Source: Capsulimonadales bacterium
Lineage (GTDB): Bacteria; Armatimonadota; Armatimonadia; Armatimonadales; Armatimonadaceae
Direction of reading: 5' to 3'
Length of the DNA stretch: 64,000 nt
Assembly: GCA_033762295.1 (NCBI GenBank)
Contig: JANRLW010000062.1
Location: 16,446-80,445, forward strand
Part shown: piece after piece, positions 9,061 to 19,290 of the stretch
Layout: each line of letters opens with the position of its first letter
Position numbering within the stretch: the stretch's first letter is position 1
Translations under genes and position numbers: made by a program
The notes under the pieces: generated by a model
Told to the model about the DNA's origin: nothing
Database searches by the model: none
Seen by the model: the letters and a program-made list of their open reading frames with translations, nothing else

Positions 9061-9882
9061 TCACTTCGCCGCGAGGCGGCGGGCGTCCGGATCGAGGGAC
9101 GGAATCGCGGACAGCAGACGCTGGGTATAGGCTTCCTTCGGTCGGTCGAAGATCTCGTCCACGGTCCCCCGTTCGACGATCTTTCCCTTCTCCATGACGC
9201 AAACCTCGTCGGCCAGATACTCGACGACGGCCAGGTTATGGGTGATGAACAGGTAGGTCAGTCCGTTCTCGCGCTGCAATCGACGTAATAGGTTCAGCAC
9301 CTGGCTCTGCACCGACACATCGAGCGCCGAGGTCGGCTCGTCCAGAACGATAAACTGGGGACCGACCGAAAGGGCGCGGGCGATGGCGATTCGCTGCCGC
9401 TGACCGCCGGAGAATTCGTGCGGATACCGATCCAGTGCGGTTCCCGGCAGGCCGACCTGCGCCAGAAGCTGTGCCGCTCGATCCTCGCGCTCCTTCGCGT
9501 TCGCGCCGATCCTCTGGATGATCATCCCTTCGGTCAGCGTCTCCCGAACCGTCATGCGGGCGTTCAAACTGGCGTACGGGTCCTGGAAAACGACCTGCAT
9601 CTCGCGGCGCAACGTTCCGCGATCCCGGCGGTCGGCCATGTTGACCCCTTTGAACCGGACCTCACCCCCGGTTATCTCCAGCAGTCCGAGTAGCATCAGG
9701 CCGACCGTCGATTTTCCGGAACCGGACTCTCCGACCAGTGCCAGCGTTTTTCCGACGGGAATCTCGAAGGAGACATCATCGACGACCGTTTTGTACGTTG
9801 TCTTTTCGAAAAGGCCGCCGCGCACCGGATACTGCTTGATCAGGTGACGGACGGAGATAAGCGGGGAGGCGTTCTCGGACAT
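9061..9882 (-). CDS. Oligopeptide/dipeptide ABC transporter ATP-binding subunit (OppF/DppF-like)
   Basis: GESGSGKST, YPHEFSGGQRQR, VLDEPTSALD. Confidence 0.92.
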   Translation of the reverse strand: MSENASPLISVRHLIKQYPVRGGLFEKTTYKTVVDDVSFEIPVGKTLALVGESGSGKSTVGLMLLGLLEITGGEVRFKGVNMADRRDRGTLRREMQVVFQDPYASLNARMTVRETLTEGMIIQRIGANAKEREDRAAQLLAQVGLPGTALDRYPHEFSGGQRQRIAIARALSVGPQFIVLDEPTSALDVSVQSQVLNLLRRLQRENGLTYLFITHNLAVVEYLADEVCVMEKGKIVERGTVDEIFDRPKEAYTQRLLSAIPSLDPDARRLAAK

Positions 9883-9971
9883 TCTCCCGCGATTGTACCA
9901 TGGGAACCCTGGGATTGGATCGGATTCGCGCGAATCCCGATCGACGCGTTCGCCTGCGATACAATGGTCCC

Positions 9972-11009
9972 GTGAAAATCATTCACAGCGAGCGGCATAT
10001 GCTCCATGCCACCTCCGAGAACGTGCCCGGCTGCGCCTTCGCCTTTCGTGAGGTGCCCGAACGCGCGGAGCGTATCCTTGCAGCCCTGGAATCGGCCGTA
10101 CCGGGGGAGTTCCGCCCGCCGGACGACTACGACCGGGCGGCGCTGACGACCGTCCATCCGGAGGGATATTTGGACTACCTCCGGGATGCCTACTCCCTGC
10201 GTCAGACGTTCCTGGCCGACGGTCACCCGGTCGTCGCCGAAGCGTTCGCGGTCCGAAGCGCACGCCGTCGACCGAACACCTATCCCGGAATCGTCGGAAA
10301 CTACCATTTCGACAACGCCGCGCCGATTCTTGCCGGAACCTGGGAAGCCGTATTGGCCTCGGCCAACTGCGCCCTGACCGCGGCGGACGCCGTTCGATCC
10401 GGCGACCGGGTCGCCTATGCCCTCTGTCGCCCGCCCGGCCACCATGCCGCCGCCGATCTGGCCGGGGGATACTGCTATCTGAACAATGCCGCCCTCGCCT
10501 CCCGGCACCTGCAACGGGGAACGGACACCCGGGTAGCGATCCTTGACGTCGATTTCCATCACGGCAACGGCACGCAGGAGATCTTCTATAGCGACCCGAC
10601 GGTGCTTTATCTCTCGTTGCACGCCGATACGACGGTCGAGTATCCGTTCTTCTGGGGCGGCGAGGAGGAGACGGGAGCCGGAGCGGGCGAGGGATTCAAT
10701 CGCAACTTTCCGCTGCCCGACGACACCGACGACACCCTTTATCTCGAAACGCTGGATCGGGCGATCGACGTCCTTCGGGACTTTCACCCGGAATACCTGG
10801 TCGTCTCCGCCGGTTTCGATCTGATGGAGGGTGACCCGGAAGTTCTCGGCCTCGGTTTCCGGATCACCGGGGTCGGACTGGGGGAGATCGCTCGCCGCCT
10901 TGCGCGACTCTCGCTGCCCACCGTCCTCGTGCAGGAAGGCGGCTATCGACTCACCCACCTCGGGGAGTACGCGGCCACCTTCCTGCACAGCTTCAACGAC
11001 GCGCTTTAA
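9972..11009 (+). CDS. Histone deacetylase family / acetylpolyamine amidohydrolase-like
   Basis: RPPGHHA, GGYCYLNN, DVDFHHGNGTQ, QEGGY; GTG start inferred. Confidence 0.9.
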   Translation: MKIIHSERHMLHATSENVPGCAFAFREVPERAERILAALESAVPGEFRPPDDYDRAALTTVHPEGYLDYLRDAYSLRQTFLADGHPVVAEAFAVRSARRRPNTYPGIVGNYHFDNAAPILAGTWEAVLASANCALTAADAVRSGDRVAYALCRPPGHHAAADLAGGYCYLNNAALASRHLQRGTDTRVAILDVDFHHGNGTQEIFYSDPTVLYLSLHADTTVEYPFFWGGEEETGAGAGEGFNRNFPLPDDTDDTLYLETLDRAIDVLRDFHPEYLVVSAGFDLMEGDPEVLGLGFRITGVGLGEIARRLARLSLPTVLVQEGGYRLTHLGEYAATFLHSFNDAL

Positions 11010-11388
11010 ACAGGACGAATCCCAGGCAGGCGGCGGCCAGTAATACCTGCGGCAGAACCGATTCGGTCTTTCTGCCGTGAACGCCGAGGTGGGACGGATA
11101 GCGCATGGCTTCCGGGGGAATGATGCCCGCCAGCATGGCCGCATTCTCGATATCGGGGGCAACCGCCGCGCAGGCCCCGACGAACTCCGGTGAGTCGGGA
11201 CCGCATTTCCAGGCAAGGACGCTCATGGTCGCCGCCAGCAACGGGGCTTCCACCTGCACCGGAAAGTCCCGATGCGGCAGCAGATCGCAGAGGAGATGCG
11301 AGCCGAACCCGGCCATCAACGCCCCCTTCGGTTCCCCCGCCACCTTGCCGATCGCCGCGCCGACCAGGGCATGGACCGCCGCGATCAT
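10993..11388 (-). CDS. Small membrane protein, possible metal-dependent hydrolase
   Basis: H-x-L-x-G N-terminus, PD and SHLLCDLLPH motifs; coupled to the upstream SLT gene. Confidence 0.6.
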   Translation of the reverse strand: MIAAVHALVGAAIGKVAGEPKGALMAGFGSHLLCDLLPHRDFPVQVEAPLLAATMSVLAWKCGPDSPEFVGACAAVAPDIENAAMLAGIIPPEAMRYPSHLGVHGRKTESVLPQVLLAAACLGFVLFKARR

Positions 11389-12551
11389 ATCTTATCCTCT
11401 CCGCCGTTATCGGCCGCGCGGGCATTTCCGGCCGCGTCGTCCCGGCAGAGCTGCCGGTAGATGCGCTCGATCTTCTTGACATAGTTTTGGGTTTCGCGGT
11501 ACGGCGGCACGCCGCCATACTTTCGGACCGCGCCCATTCCCGCATTGTACGAGGCCAGCGCCAGCACGATATGCCGCATCGAGGCGTCCTTGAACGAACC
11601 GCTACCACTGTATTTGTTGAGCCGCTCCTTCAGGAGGAAGGACACGCCCGCGATATTCTGGACCGGGTCATAGGGATTGCTCAGGCGCAGTCGCCGCACC
11701 TCGTCCTTCATCAATTGCCCCAGACCCATCGCGCCTTTGTGACTGGTTTCGCCGGGTCGAAAATCGCTCTCGGCGATGATCAGAGCGACCATCAGGCGCG
11801 GATCGAGGTCGTACGCTTCCGAGTAGAGCAGGATCGACGCGGCGATCGCCTCCGCCTGCGCGGGGGCGAGCCGTCGGTTGTAACGCCGTACGAAGTCGAG
11901 ATAGGCCGGATAGATGGCCTGTGCCTTCTCGGAAAGGTTGTACCCGGCGACACGCCTGCTGTCGGCCATGCGCCCCGTTCCGACACGCGGTGCGTTTCCG
12001 GCGCGGTTTGATCCGCTCAGTTCCTCCTGTGCCGCCCGAAGCCCGGCTTCCCGCTGACGCGCCCGGCGCGCCCGTTCGGCGGCCTCCGCCTGCCAGGCCA
12101 GTTCCGCCGCGGAAATATCGGACGCCGATGCCACCGATACGACCTGGAAATCCGGTATCCCTGCAAGCACCGTGCCGTCCGCCGGGCTGGTCACCACGAC
12201 CAGGAGACGCAGACGCGTACCCGGCTGAACCCAGGACGGCATCTGCGTCATCGTGAGGTTCAGATGTCCGTCCCGGGGCGAGGTCAGCATCAGCAAGCAG
12301 CCGCCTTCGGACTGCTCCACGATGCCGGACAGCGTCCCTTCCAGTTCCATGGTCGCGCCCCGATACCGCCCCGGATCGGCGCCGACCAGAACCGGCGTCA
12401 GGCCGCGGGTCGGCGGATACAGTCGGCGGAGCGATAGATACTGCTCGGACGGGGAGCGGGAATCGTCCGTCGTTTGAGCGGACGCCGCCAGCGGTCGGAG
12501 CGTCAGATAGACAAGGGCGATTACCCCGACAAAGAGCGAACAAAAGCGCAT
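11385..12551 (-). CDS. Lytic transglycosylase (SLT domain) with signal peptide
   Basis: IIAESDF, SHKGAMGLGQLM, ASYNAGMG, PPYRETQNYV. Confidence 0.92.
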   Translation of the reverse strand: MRFCSLFVGVIALVYLTLRPLAASAQTTDDSRSPSEQYLSLRRLYPPTRGLTPVLVGADPGRYRGATMELEGTLSGIVEQSEGGCLLMLTSPRDGHLNLTMTQMPSWVQPGTRLRLLVVVTSPADGTVLAGIPDFQVVSVASASDISAAELAWQAEAAERARRARQREAGLRAAQEELSGSNRAGNAPRVGTGRMADSRRVAGYNLSEKAQAIYPAYLDFVRRYNRRLAPAQAEAIAASILLYSEAYDLDPRLMVALIIAESDFRPGETSHKGAMGLGQLMKDEVRRLRLSNPYDPVQNIAGVSFLLKERLNKYSGSGSFKDASMRHIVLALASYNAGMGAVRKYGGVPPYRETQNYVKKIERIYRQLCRDDAAGNARAADNGGEDKI

Positions 12552-12593
12552 ATGTCCGGTTCCTTAGGATCGTGGGGGGCAGGCGGAAGGGAG

Positions 12594-12685
12594 CGGAGAG
12601 ATCGGGATTCGAACCCGAGGTACGGATATTACGTCCGTACAACCGCTTAGCAGGCGGCCGCTTTCGTCCACTCAGCCATCTCTCC
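12594..12685 (-). tRNA. tRNA-Ser(GCT)
   Basis: GGAGAGATGGCTGAGTGGACGAAAGCGGCCGCCT-GCT-AAGCGGT, long variable arm, GGTTCGAATCC T-loop; CCA not encoded. Confidence 0.96.
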
Positions 12686-12790
12686 CTGCGGGCGTGATCG
12701 GACTGCCGCCCGGCGGGCGTATACGAAGTCCTATCCCCTCGATTCTAACATAACTGTCGGCAGGGCGCAACGCAAAAGAGAGAGCCATTC

Positions 12791-13876
12791 TCACCAGGCA
12801 GACTGCCCGAACCAGCGTGGCGTCTGCCGTTCCGCCCGAACCGCCGCTCTAGCCGCGACAAATTTCCGATTCCGGGCGGGCGTCCTTCCCTCCAGTGAGA
12901 TACGCTGCCCCGGCAGGATCTCCCCGAACCGGACCGCCGCGCCGGTTTCCTCCTCGCGGACGACCGTCCCCGGCGCGACCCGAACATAGGTCCGGCCGGG
13001 CCGGGTCGCGGCGAACGTCCCTTTTCGATCGGTCGTCGCCAGAAGATTCAGAATCAGAACGCCCCGCCCCGGATCGACGCCGACCACGATGCCGTCGTAC
13101 CGCAGCCAGCCGACGGGAGGACGCTCGTCGGTAACGGAGACATCGGGAAGCGCACGGGTCCGTCGGGCGGCACGCCGCAGCGAGGCCGTCGGGTTGGTGA
13201 CCATTCCGTCCGGCCCCCAGAGTTCGAAATGCGTATGCGACGGAGTCGATTCCGCGTTCCCGCTGTTGCCGACCCAGCCGATGAACTGACCGGCGCGAAC
13301 CTGCTGTCCGGAGACCAATCCCGGAGCGAACGCGTACCCCGCGCCGCCGCGCCCGTCGTTCGTTCCCGGAGTGTCGTTATTAACATGCATGTATTTGGCG
13401 GTGTACCCGTTGTCGCCGTCCAGACGCAGGATATGATGGGGCGCGGAACCATCCGCACGTCCCCCGTAGGAGTAATGGTGGATCGTCCCGTCGAATACGG
13501 CGACAAGCGGGGTCATCTTCGGCGCGAACAGGTCCTGACCGAGATGACGGTGGCCGTCGCGCTGCGCGCCGAACTGATCGGAAAACCCGTACCCTCGCCC
13601 CAGGATCGGGAAGACCATCGGTACCGTCGCCGTGGAGTTCGGCGCGCCGTAGGCGTTCCTGCCCGCCGGAGCGTCGAACGTCCGGGGGTCGATATCATTG
13701 ACCGAACGGAAGTTGTTGACGCCGGAAGCGTCCGGGAAACCCGAAAAACCGGGGGTCCGGCGGCCGGCGGCGAGCCGTCGTGCCGATCCGCCATACTCCG
13801 CGCCGCAGGAAATCGTCGAAAAAGCCAGCAGCAACACGCCACCGGTGAGAAGGGAGGGGAATCGTGGAGGTGTCAC
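12791..13876 (-). CDS. M23-family metallopeptidase, possible lipoprotein
   Basis: HLGQD (HxxxD), YMH and HTH (HxH) motifs; hydrophobic N-terminus ending TISC. Confidence 0.85.
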   Translation of the reverse strand: MTPPRFPSLLTGGVLLLAFSTISCGAEYGGSARRLAAGRRTPGFSGFPDASGVNNFRSVNDIDPRTFDAPAGRNAYGAPNSTATVPMVFPILGRGYGFSDQFGAQRDGHRHLGQDLFAPKMTPLVAVFDGTIHHYSYGGRADGSAPHHILRLDGDNGYTAKYMHVNNDTPGTNDGRGGAGYAFAPGLVSGQQVRAGQFIGWVGNSGNAESTPSHTHFELWGPDGMVTNPTASLRRAARRTRALPDVSVTDERPPVGWLRYDGIVVGVDPGRGVLILNLLATTDRKGTFAATRPGRTYVRVAPGTVVREEETGAAVRFGEILPGQRISLEGRTPARNRKFVAARAAVRAERQTPRWFGQSAW

Positions 13877-13982
13877 ACCAACCCCTACGTTCGAAAAAGC
13901 CGTTCCGGTTTCCGGACCGGGCGATTCTGCGGGAACGCCACCGGGGCCGGGTCCGCTTCTCCGAAGGGGTCGTCACGTATCC

Positions 13983-14837
13983 CTAGGTATCCGGTGTATC
14001 CCGGTCCGAAGGGTCCGCATACTGCCGTCGATACTCTCTCGGACTCACCCCCAGATGCTTGCGGAAACGGAGGGTGAAGTAGAACGGACTCTCGAAGCCG
14101 ACCTCCCCGGCGATGGCCGCCACCGGACGCGTCGTCAGGGTCAATAACTGCCGCGCCCGTTCCATCCGTTCCCGTTCCAGAAACTGACCCGGCGTCTCCC
14201 CGATCTGCTCGCGAAAGAGATGGGCCAGACGGGACGCCGAGAGGCCGACCGACCGCGCCACCCCCGGCAGATTCACCGGTTCGGCAAGGTGCGCCCGGAG
14301 ATACTGCCGTGCCTGCTCGACACGCGGGTCGCGCGTCGCCCGACTCTGACGGGGGTTCACCCGGTCACAATGCAGCAACGCCTCCTCCAGCGCGTTCATG
14401 GCGAACGCCTCGCGGCGTGTCAGGCCGCCGGAGGCGCGACGGTGCATCTCCCAGCAGAGATGGGTGACGACGTCGCGTGTCTCCCCCGAAAGCGCCATCC
14501 ATCCGATCCCGTCGACACCCGGAGCGATTTCGGGCCAGAGCAGCCACTCGGCCCAGTGAGGATAGGGCAGAAAATGCGCCCAGAGCAGTTCCCAGCCGGC
14601 GGTACCCCGTGCGGTCCCGTAGTCGTGACGCGTTCCCGGCGAAAGGATCGCGATCTCGCCGACCCGAACGATCCGTTCGCCGCCCGCATACCCGATACGC
14701 CCCTCCCCGCCCAGCGTCAGCATCAAAAGCCAGTCCCCCGTCCCGGAGGAACGCCAGGTATGGTAGTTCGGTCGTTCCCGGAAATAGCCCGTAACGATGG
14801 GCGCGACGGTCGGCGCTGCGGCTTCCTGAATACGCAT
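13983..14837 (-). CDS. AraC-family transcriptional regulator
   Basis: Cupin-like N-terminus; LSASRLAHLFR...VGFESPFYFTLRFRKHLGVSPREYR. Confidence 0.93.
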   Translation of the reverse strand: MRIQEAAAPTVAPIVTGYFRERPNYHTWRSSGTGDWLLMLTLGGEGRIGYAGGERIVRVGEIAILSPGTRHDYGTARGTAGWELLWAHFLPYPHWAEWLLWPEIAPGVDGIGWMALSGETRDVVTHLCWEMHRRASGGLTRREAFAMNALEEALLHCDRVNPRQSRATRDPRVEQARQYLRAHLAEPVNLPGVARSVGLSASRLAHLFREQIGETPGQFLERERMERARQLLTLTTRPVAAIAGEVGFESPFYFTLRFRKHLGVSPREYRRQYADPSDRDTPDT

Positions 14838-14956
14838 TTTGTGCCAATCAGCAGAATATTATAGGTGAGTAGCCGGTTTTGCCATGTTCCGACGACGATA
14901 ATCGCCGTATCGTTATGTTACCATCCATCTGGCCTTATGAACGGAGTTACGACGCC

Positions 14957-15793
14957 ATGACCACGATGCCCATCACGCCGGAAGATCCGGTCGCCCGGTT
15001 CGAACAGGACGGGTACGCTGTCGTCCGGGGACTGTTCGCTCCGGAAGAGGTGGCCGAACTGCGCGACACCTTTACCGATCTGAATGCGAACGGTCCGATT
15101 GAGGGACTCTCGGAGATCCTTCGGGGGAAGGACGGCTACACGGACAGCGATCCTCTCTCCTTCTATCCGCGCATGATGCATCCGCATCGTCACCTCGACA
15201 AACCGGTCGGCCCGCTCGCCCTGCGACGGATGCTCGATGCCCGGTTGTACCCCCTGCTCAAAGCGTTTATGCAGGATGAACCCGCCGCCGTCCAGAGCAT
15301 GTTCTATTTCAAACCGGCGGGCGCGCGGGGACAGGACCTGCACCAGGACAACTTCTATCTGCGCGTCAAACCGGGCACCTGCTGTGCGATGTGGCTGGCG
15401 GTCGACGATGCGGACGAGGAGAACGGCGGTATGGTCGTCGTTCCCGGAACCCACGACATGGAGGTGGTCTGCCCGGAACCGGCCGACAAAACCGAGTTCT
15501 TCACCGACCACCATGTCGACGTCCCGGAGGGCAAGGAAGCGGTGCCGGTTCGTCTGAAAGCCGGCGACGTTCTCTTCTTCAACGGCAGCGTCATCCACGG
15601 TTCCTATGCCAACCGGAGCAAGGATCGGTTCCGTCGCGCCTTTATCTGCCATTACGTTCCCGCCTCCTCGGCGGAACTGTCGCACTGGTATGTCGAACCG
15701 CAACTGTTCGACGGCACGACCATCGAGATTCCGGAGGCGACCGGGGGCGGTCCCTGCGGAAGGGCGGAGGCCGGCATCCGCAGTCCTCACTGA
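14957..15793 (+). CDS. Phytanoyl-CoA dioxygenase (PhyH) family Fe/2OG oxygenase
   Basis: FEQDGY, LHQDNFY (HxD), GDVLFFNGSVIHGSYANRS...RR. Confidence 0.9.
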   Translation: MTTMPITPEDPVARFEQDGYAVVRGLFAPEEVAELRDTFTDLNANGPIEGLSEILRGKDGYTDSDPLSFYPRMMHPHRHLDKPVGPLALRRMLDARLYPLLKAFMQDEPAAVQSMFYFKPAGARGQDLHQDNFYLRVKPGTCCAMWLAVDDADEENGGMVVVPGTHDMEVVCPEPADKTEFFTDHHVDVPEGKEAVPVRLKAGDVLFFNGSVIHGSYANRSKDRFRRAFICHYVPASSAELSHWYVEPQLFDGTTIEIPEATGGGPCGRAEAGIRSPH

Positions 15794-15877
15794 CCCGGTT
15801 TTCTCCGGTATTGGCGGTCGACACCTGGCGAAAATCGAAAACCCTCCGGTTGGGGTACTATCACCGGGGGGTTTTCC

Positions 15878-16879
15878 ATGAACTATCGCGCACTGGGACG
15901 AACCGGCGTCCGGGTCAGTCCGCTTTGTCTGGGTTGCATGAACTTCGGAGACGATACGAGCGAGGACGACTCGATCCGGATCATGCACCGCGCCATCGAT
16001 GAAGGCATCAACTTCTTCGATACCGCCGATGTCTACGGTCGAGGGCGTTCCGAGGAGATTGTCGGGAGAGCGCTGTCCGAGGACGGACGGCGCGACCGCG
16101 TCTTTCTGGCCACCAAGGTCTACAACCGGATGGACGACCACGACCCGAACGCCTGGGGAAGCCATCGCTACCACATCGTCAAGGCATGTGAGGACTCGCT
16201 ACGCCGGTTGAAAACCGACCATATCGACCTCTATCAGATGCATCGCCCCCAGCCGTCGATCCCGATCGACGAAACGCTGCGCGCTCTGGACGATCTGGTC
16301 CGCCAGGGCAAGGTCCGTTACCTGGGGACGTCCACCTTCGCCGCCTGGCAGGTCGTCGAATCCCTCTGGGCGAGCAAGGAGCTGGGCCTGAACCGCTTCA
16401 TCTGCGAACAGCCGCCGTATAACCTGCTGGACCGGCGGATCGAACGCGAACTCCTGCCGATGTGCCGAACCTACGGTATCGCCACCATTCCCTGGGCCCC
16501 GATTGCGGGCGGACTGCTCAGTGGCAAGTACCGCCCGGGTCAACCGCCTCCGGAAGGCGCACGGTACGCCACCCGGACCGCGCCGTTCCGCCGGGACAAC
16601 GAGACGGCGCTGGCGGCGGTCGGGGAGTACCTGACGTTTTGCGAACGGCGGGGAGTCTCGCCGACCCGGTTCGCCGTCGCCTGGTGTCTGAACCAGCCGG
16701 GGGTGACGTCCCCGATCATCGGACCACGCACCATGGAACAGTACGAGGACTATCTTCGATCGCTCGAGATCGCCGTGACCGTGGAGGATCGCCAGGCGAT
16801 CGATACGCTCTTCCCGCCCGGCACGCATGTCTCGGAATACTATCGCGCCGAGTTCGGCCCGAACGAGCGGTGGATCTGA
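15878..16879 (+). CDS. Aldo/keto reductase
   Basis: LGRTGVRVSPLCLGCMNFG, FDTADVYG, SLRRLKTDHIDLYQMH. Confidence 0.94.
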   Translation: MNYRALGRTGVRVSPLCLGCMNFGDDTSEDDSIRIMHRAIDEGINFFDTADVYGRGRSEEIVGRALSEDGRRDRVFLATKVYNRMDDHDPNAWGSHRYHIVKACEDSLRRLKTDHIDLYQMHRPQPSIPIDETLRALDDLVRQGKVRYLGTSTFAAWQVVESLWASKELGLNRFICEQPPYNLLDRRIERELLPMCRTYGIATIPWAPIAGGLLSGKYRPGQPPPEGARYATRTAPFRRDNETALAAVGEYLTFCERRGVSPTRFAVAWCLNQPGVTSPIIGPRTMEQYEDYLRSLEIAVTVEDRQAIDTLFPPGTHVSEYYRAEFGPNERWI

Positions 16880-16927
16880 GCCGTGAGCCTGAGCGGTTTC
16901 GATCGGGTCGCCGAACCGTCCCGGCCC

Positions 16928-16954
16928 GGAACTTCAGGGGATCGCACGGCGTAT
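16928..16954 (+). promoter_or_regulatory. Candidate ECF sigma promoter
   Basis: GGAACTT...CGTAT, 17 nt between GAAC and CGTA, upstream of the BI-1/YccA gene. Confidence 0.5.
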
Positions 16955-17012
16955 GATATTCTGGTGAAAACATCAAATCCCATTGGCAAAAACGGAGAAA
17001 GCGGGGGCAATC

Positions 17013-17768
17013 ATGCGAACGGCTAACCCAACTCTCAACGAAGAAACTCTGAATAATTTTGCCCGAAACGGCTACTTCGACCGCGCCGCCGGTCGAATGA
17101 CGATCGAGGGCACCGTCAACAAGACGGCCATTCTGTTGCTGCTGGCGGTCGCTGCGGCGGCCTACACCTGGAACCTGGTCCTGACCGGCGGCGCGGCATT
17201 GGCGATGCCGATCGCCTTCGGCGGAGCGATCGGCGCGTTGATCCTCGCGGTGGTGACCTCGTTCAAACCGGACGCCGCGCGGTTCACCGCACCGCTGTAC
17301 GCCGTTCTGGAAGGGCTCTTCCTCGGCGCGTTCTCGGCGATCATCAATGCGCGGTTTCCCGGCATCGTGCCCCAGGCCGTGGCCCTGACCTTCGGTGTCC
17401 TGGCCGTGATGCTCGTCGCTTACCGGGCCGGGGTGATCCGGGCATCCGGCAAGTTCGTCATGGGCATCGTCGCCGCCACCGGAGCGATCGCGGTCTTCTA
17501 CCTCGTGCTAATGATCGGCAACCTGTTCAACCCGATGTTCAGTTCGTTCATGTGGCAGCCGTCGCCGCTCTCGATCGGTATCAGCCTGGTCGTGACGGTG
17601 GTCGCCGCTCTGAACCTGGTGCTGGACTTCGACCTGATTGAGGACGGGGTTCGTCGGGGCGCGCCGAAGTGGATGGAGTGGTACGGCGGCTATGGTCTGA
17701 TGGTAACGCTGGTATGGCTTTACATCGAAATCCTTCGCCTTCTGTCGCTGCTTTCGCGGCGCGACTGA
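17013..17768 (+). CDS. Bax inhibitor-1/YccA family membrane protein
   Basis: About seven TM segments; LNLVLDFDLIE...GAPKWMEWY...TLVWLYIEILRLL. Confidence 0.9.
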   Translation: MRTANPTLNEETLNNFARNGYFDRAAGRMTIEGTVNKTAILLLLAVAAAAYTWNLVLTGGAALAMPIAFGGAIGALILAVVTSFKPDAARFTAPLYAVLEGLFLGAFSAIINARFPGIVPQAVALTFGVLAVMLVAYRAGVIRASGKFVMGIVAATGAIAVFYLVLMIGNLFNPMFSSFMWQPSPLSIGISLVVTVVAALNLVLDFDLIEDGVRRGAPKWMEWYGGYGLMVTLVWLYIEILRLLSLLSRRD

Positions 17769-17807
17769 CCGACGTTCGGTCTGTCCGAGACTACCGGTTT
17801 TGTCAGG

Positions 17808-17835
17808 AAGGGCGGTGCCAACCGCCCTTTCATTT
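17808..17835 (+). terminator. Intrinsic terminator
   Basis: AAGGGCGGT-gcca-ACCGCCCTT followed by T-rich tail. Confidence 0.6.
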
Positions 17836-17868
17836 GCCAAATAGCGGAAAGACAGCGTATCATTAGGT

Positions 17869-18288
17869 ATGTTGCCACCGGATGACCGCCAGGAATCGGA
17901 ACCCGATCCCGACAACGCCGGGAATGCCCTGACCCCGTCGGAAAAAGCCGCGCTCGAAGCGTTGTTCTCCGAGCCGTTTCCCCAGAAGCCCTATGCTCTC
18001 GTTCCGGCAAACGGATCCTCCACACCCGAATACACCGATTATCTGATCCACAAGGATATCGGCACCGAAAATCAATGCATCTTCCTTTTTGACTCGATCG
18101 TCGATGCTCTGGGCGTCGCCGAGGAGTACAAGGAGGCCACAGGGAGGGACGCCGAACCGGTCGAATGCGACGTCTACTCTCTTGAGGAACGTTTCTGGGT
18201 GAAGTACTATCGGGCGAACGGCGTCGTCGTAATGATGCCCGTCACCGACTACCGGACCCATATCGGAGTCCGCTACAGCTATGAATAA
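17869..18288 (+). CDS. Hypothetical acidic cytoplasmic protein
   Basis: 139-aa ORF with normal codon pattern; TTGCCA-N18-TATCAT promoter directly upstream. Confidence 0.7.
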   Translation: MLPPDDRQESEPDPDNAGNALTPSEKAALEALFSEPFPQKPYALVPANGSSTPEYTDYLIHKDIGTENQCIFLFDSIVDALGVAEEYKEATGRDAEPVECDVYSLEERFWVKYYRANGVVVMMPVTDYRTHIGVRYSYE

Positions 18289-18300
18289 CCTGCCGATCCG

Positions 18301-19230
18301 TCAACCGGTCTCGGGAAGAAATGTCGGATGGACGATGCCGCGCGGTTCCTGCCAGACGCCCCGCACCTGAGCGAAGTGCAACTCGCAGTTTTTCGCTCCC
18401 CAGGCATAGCACTGCCGAACAAGATGCGCCGCCTGCATCGGCACCAGAAACACCGGAGAACGTCCGCGCTGTCGATCCAGTTCCGCATAGAGCAACGTCG
18501 CCGACACCGCCTCCGTCGCTGAGACGCCCGGTCCGATCATGTTACTGGCCGGATGCGTCACCGACGCCAGGAAGCCGCGAAGGCTCCCCATCTCCTCATA
18601 AACCGATAACGACCAGATCCCCTGCCGGTTCTCCAGGAAATGGCGGTAATCCTTCTCCCGCTCGATCCCGACCAGTTCGTACTCGAGGGCGGCGATTGCC
18701 GGCAGGTCCGCCGGAGTCGCCGCCCGCACCTGCGCAAGCCCCGGAGGCGCGGTCTGTGTCATTCCCCCCTCGGGAACCGCCAGAAACATATCCTGAAACG
18801 CGGTCCGTGGGACGAATCCGCATCGGGTGTACAGGGAGAAGGAGTCCAGATTCATCGCGCTCGATACCAGACGTAACGGCTTCTCGGACTCCAATGAGAG
18901 GCGAACCACCACATCCAGCAACCGACGCGCCACGCCACGCCCGAAGTGGTTCGGATGGACGTTCACAATTCCCAGCGAGAGATGCGTCGAACGCGGATGG
19001 TAGAAACAGGAGCCGATGATCCGTCCGGTTCGCGGTTCGACCGCCAGAAGGCAACAGCCGGGGTCCAGCATTTCATACGTTTCACAGAAGATACGGCAAT
19101 TCTGCGGGTCGCCCGTAAATATCGGCGGCTTCCCACTCGAAACGTACCAGTAATTGGTGGACAGGTAGATCAGTTCGGCGACTTCCGGCAGGTCGTCCGC
19201 GGTCATCGCTCTTAACTCCGGCACCCTCAT
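18301..19230 (-). CDS. GNAT-family N-acetyltransferase (tandem GNAT-like)
   Basis: LRAMTADD, VHPNHFGRGVARRLL, SLYTRCGF; start inferred. Confidence 0.85.
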   Translation of the reverse strand: MRVPELRAMTADDLPEVAELIYLSTNYWYVSSGKPPIFTGDPQNCRIFCETYEMLDPGCCLLAVEPRTGRIIGSCFYHPRSTHLSLGIVNVHPNHFGRGVARRLLDVVVRLSLESEKPLRLVSSAMNLDSFSLYTRCGFVPRTAFQDMFLAVPEGGMTQTAPPGLAQVRAATPADLPAIAALEYELVGIEREKDYRHFLENRQGIWSLSVYEEMGSLRGFLASVTHPASNMIGPGVSATEAVSATLLYAELDRQRGRSPVFLVPMQAAHLVRQCYAWGAKNCELHFAQVRGVWQEPRGIVHPTFLPETG

Positions 19231-19290
19231 CGGCAGTCCTCTCGCCCGCATTCCTCCCACGTGGTTTCGGGGAACACGATACAATACCTT

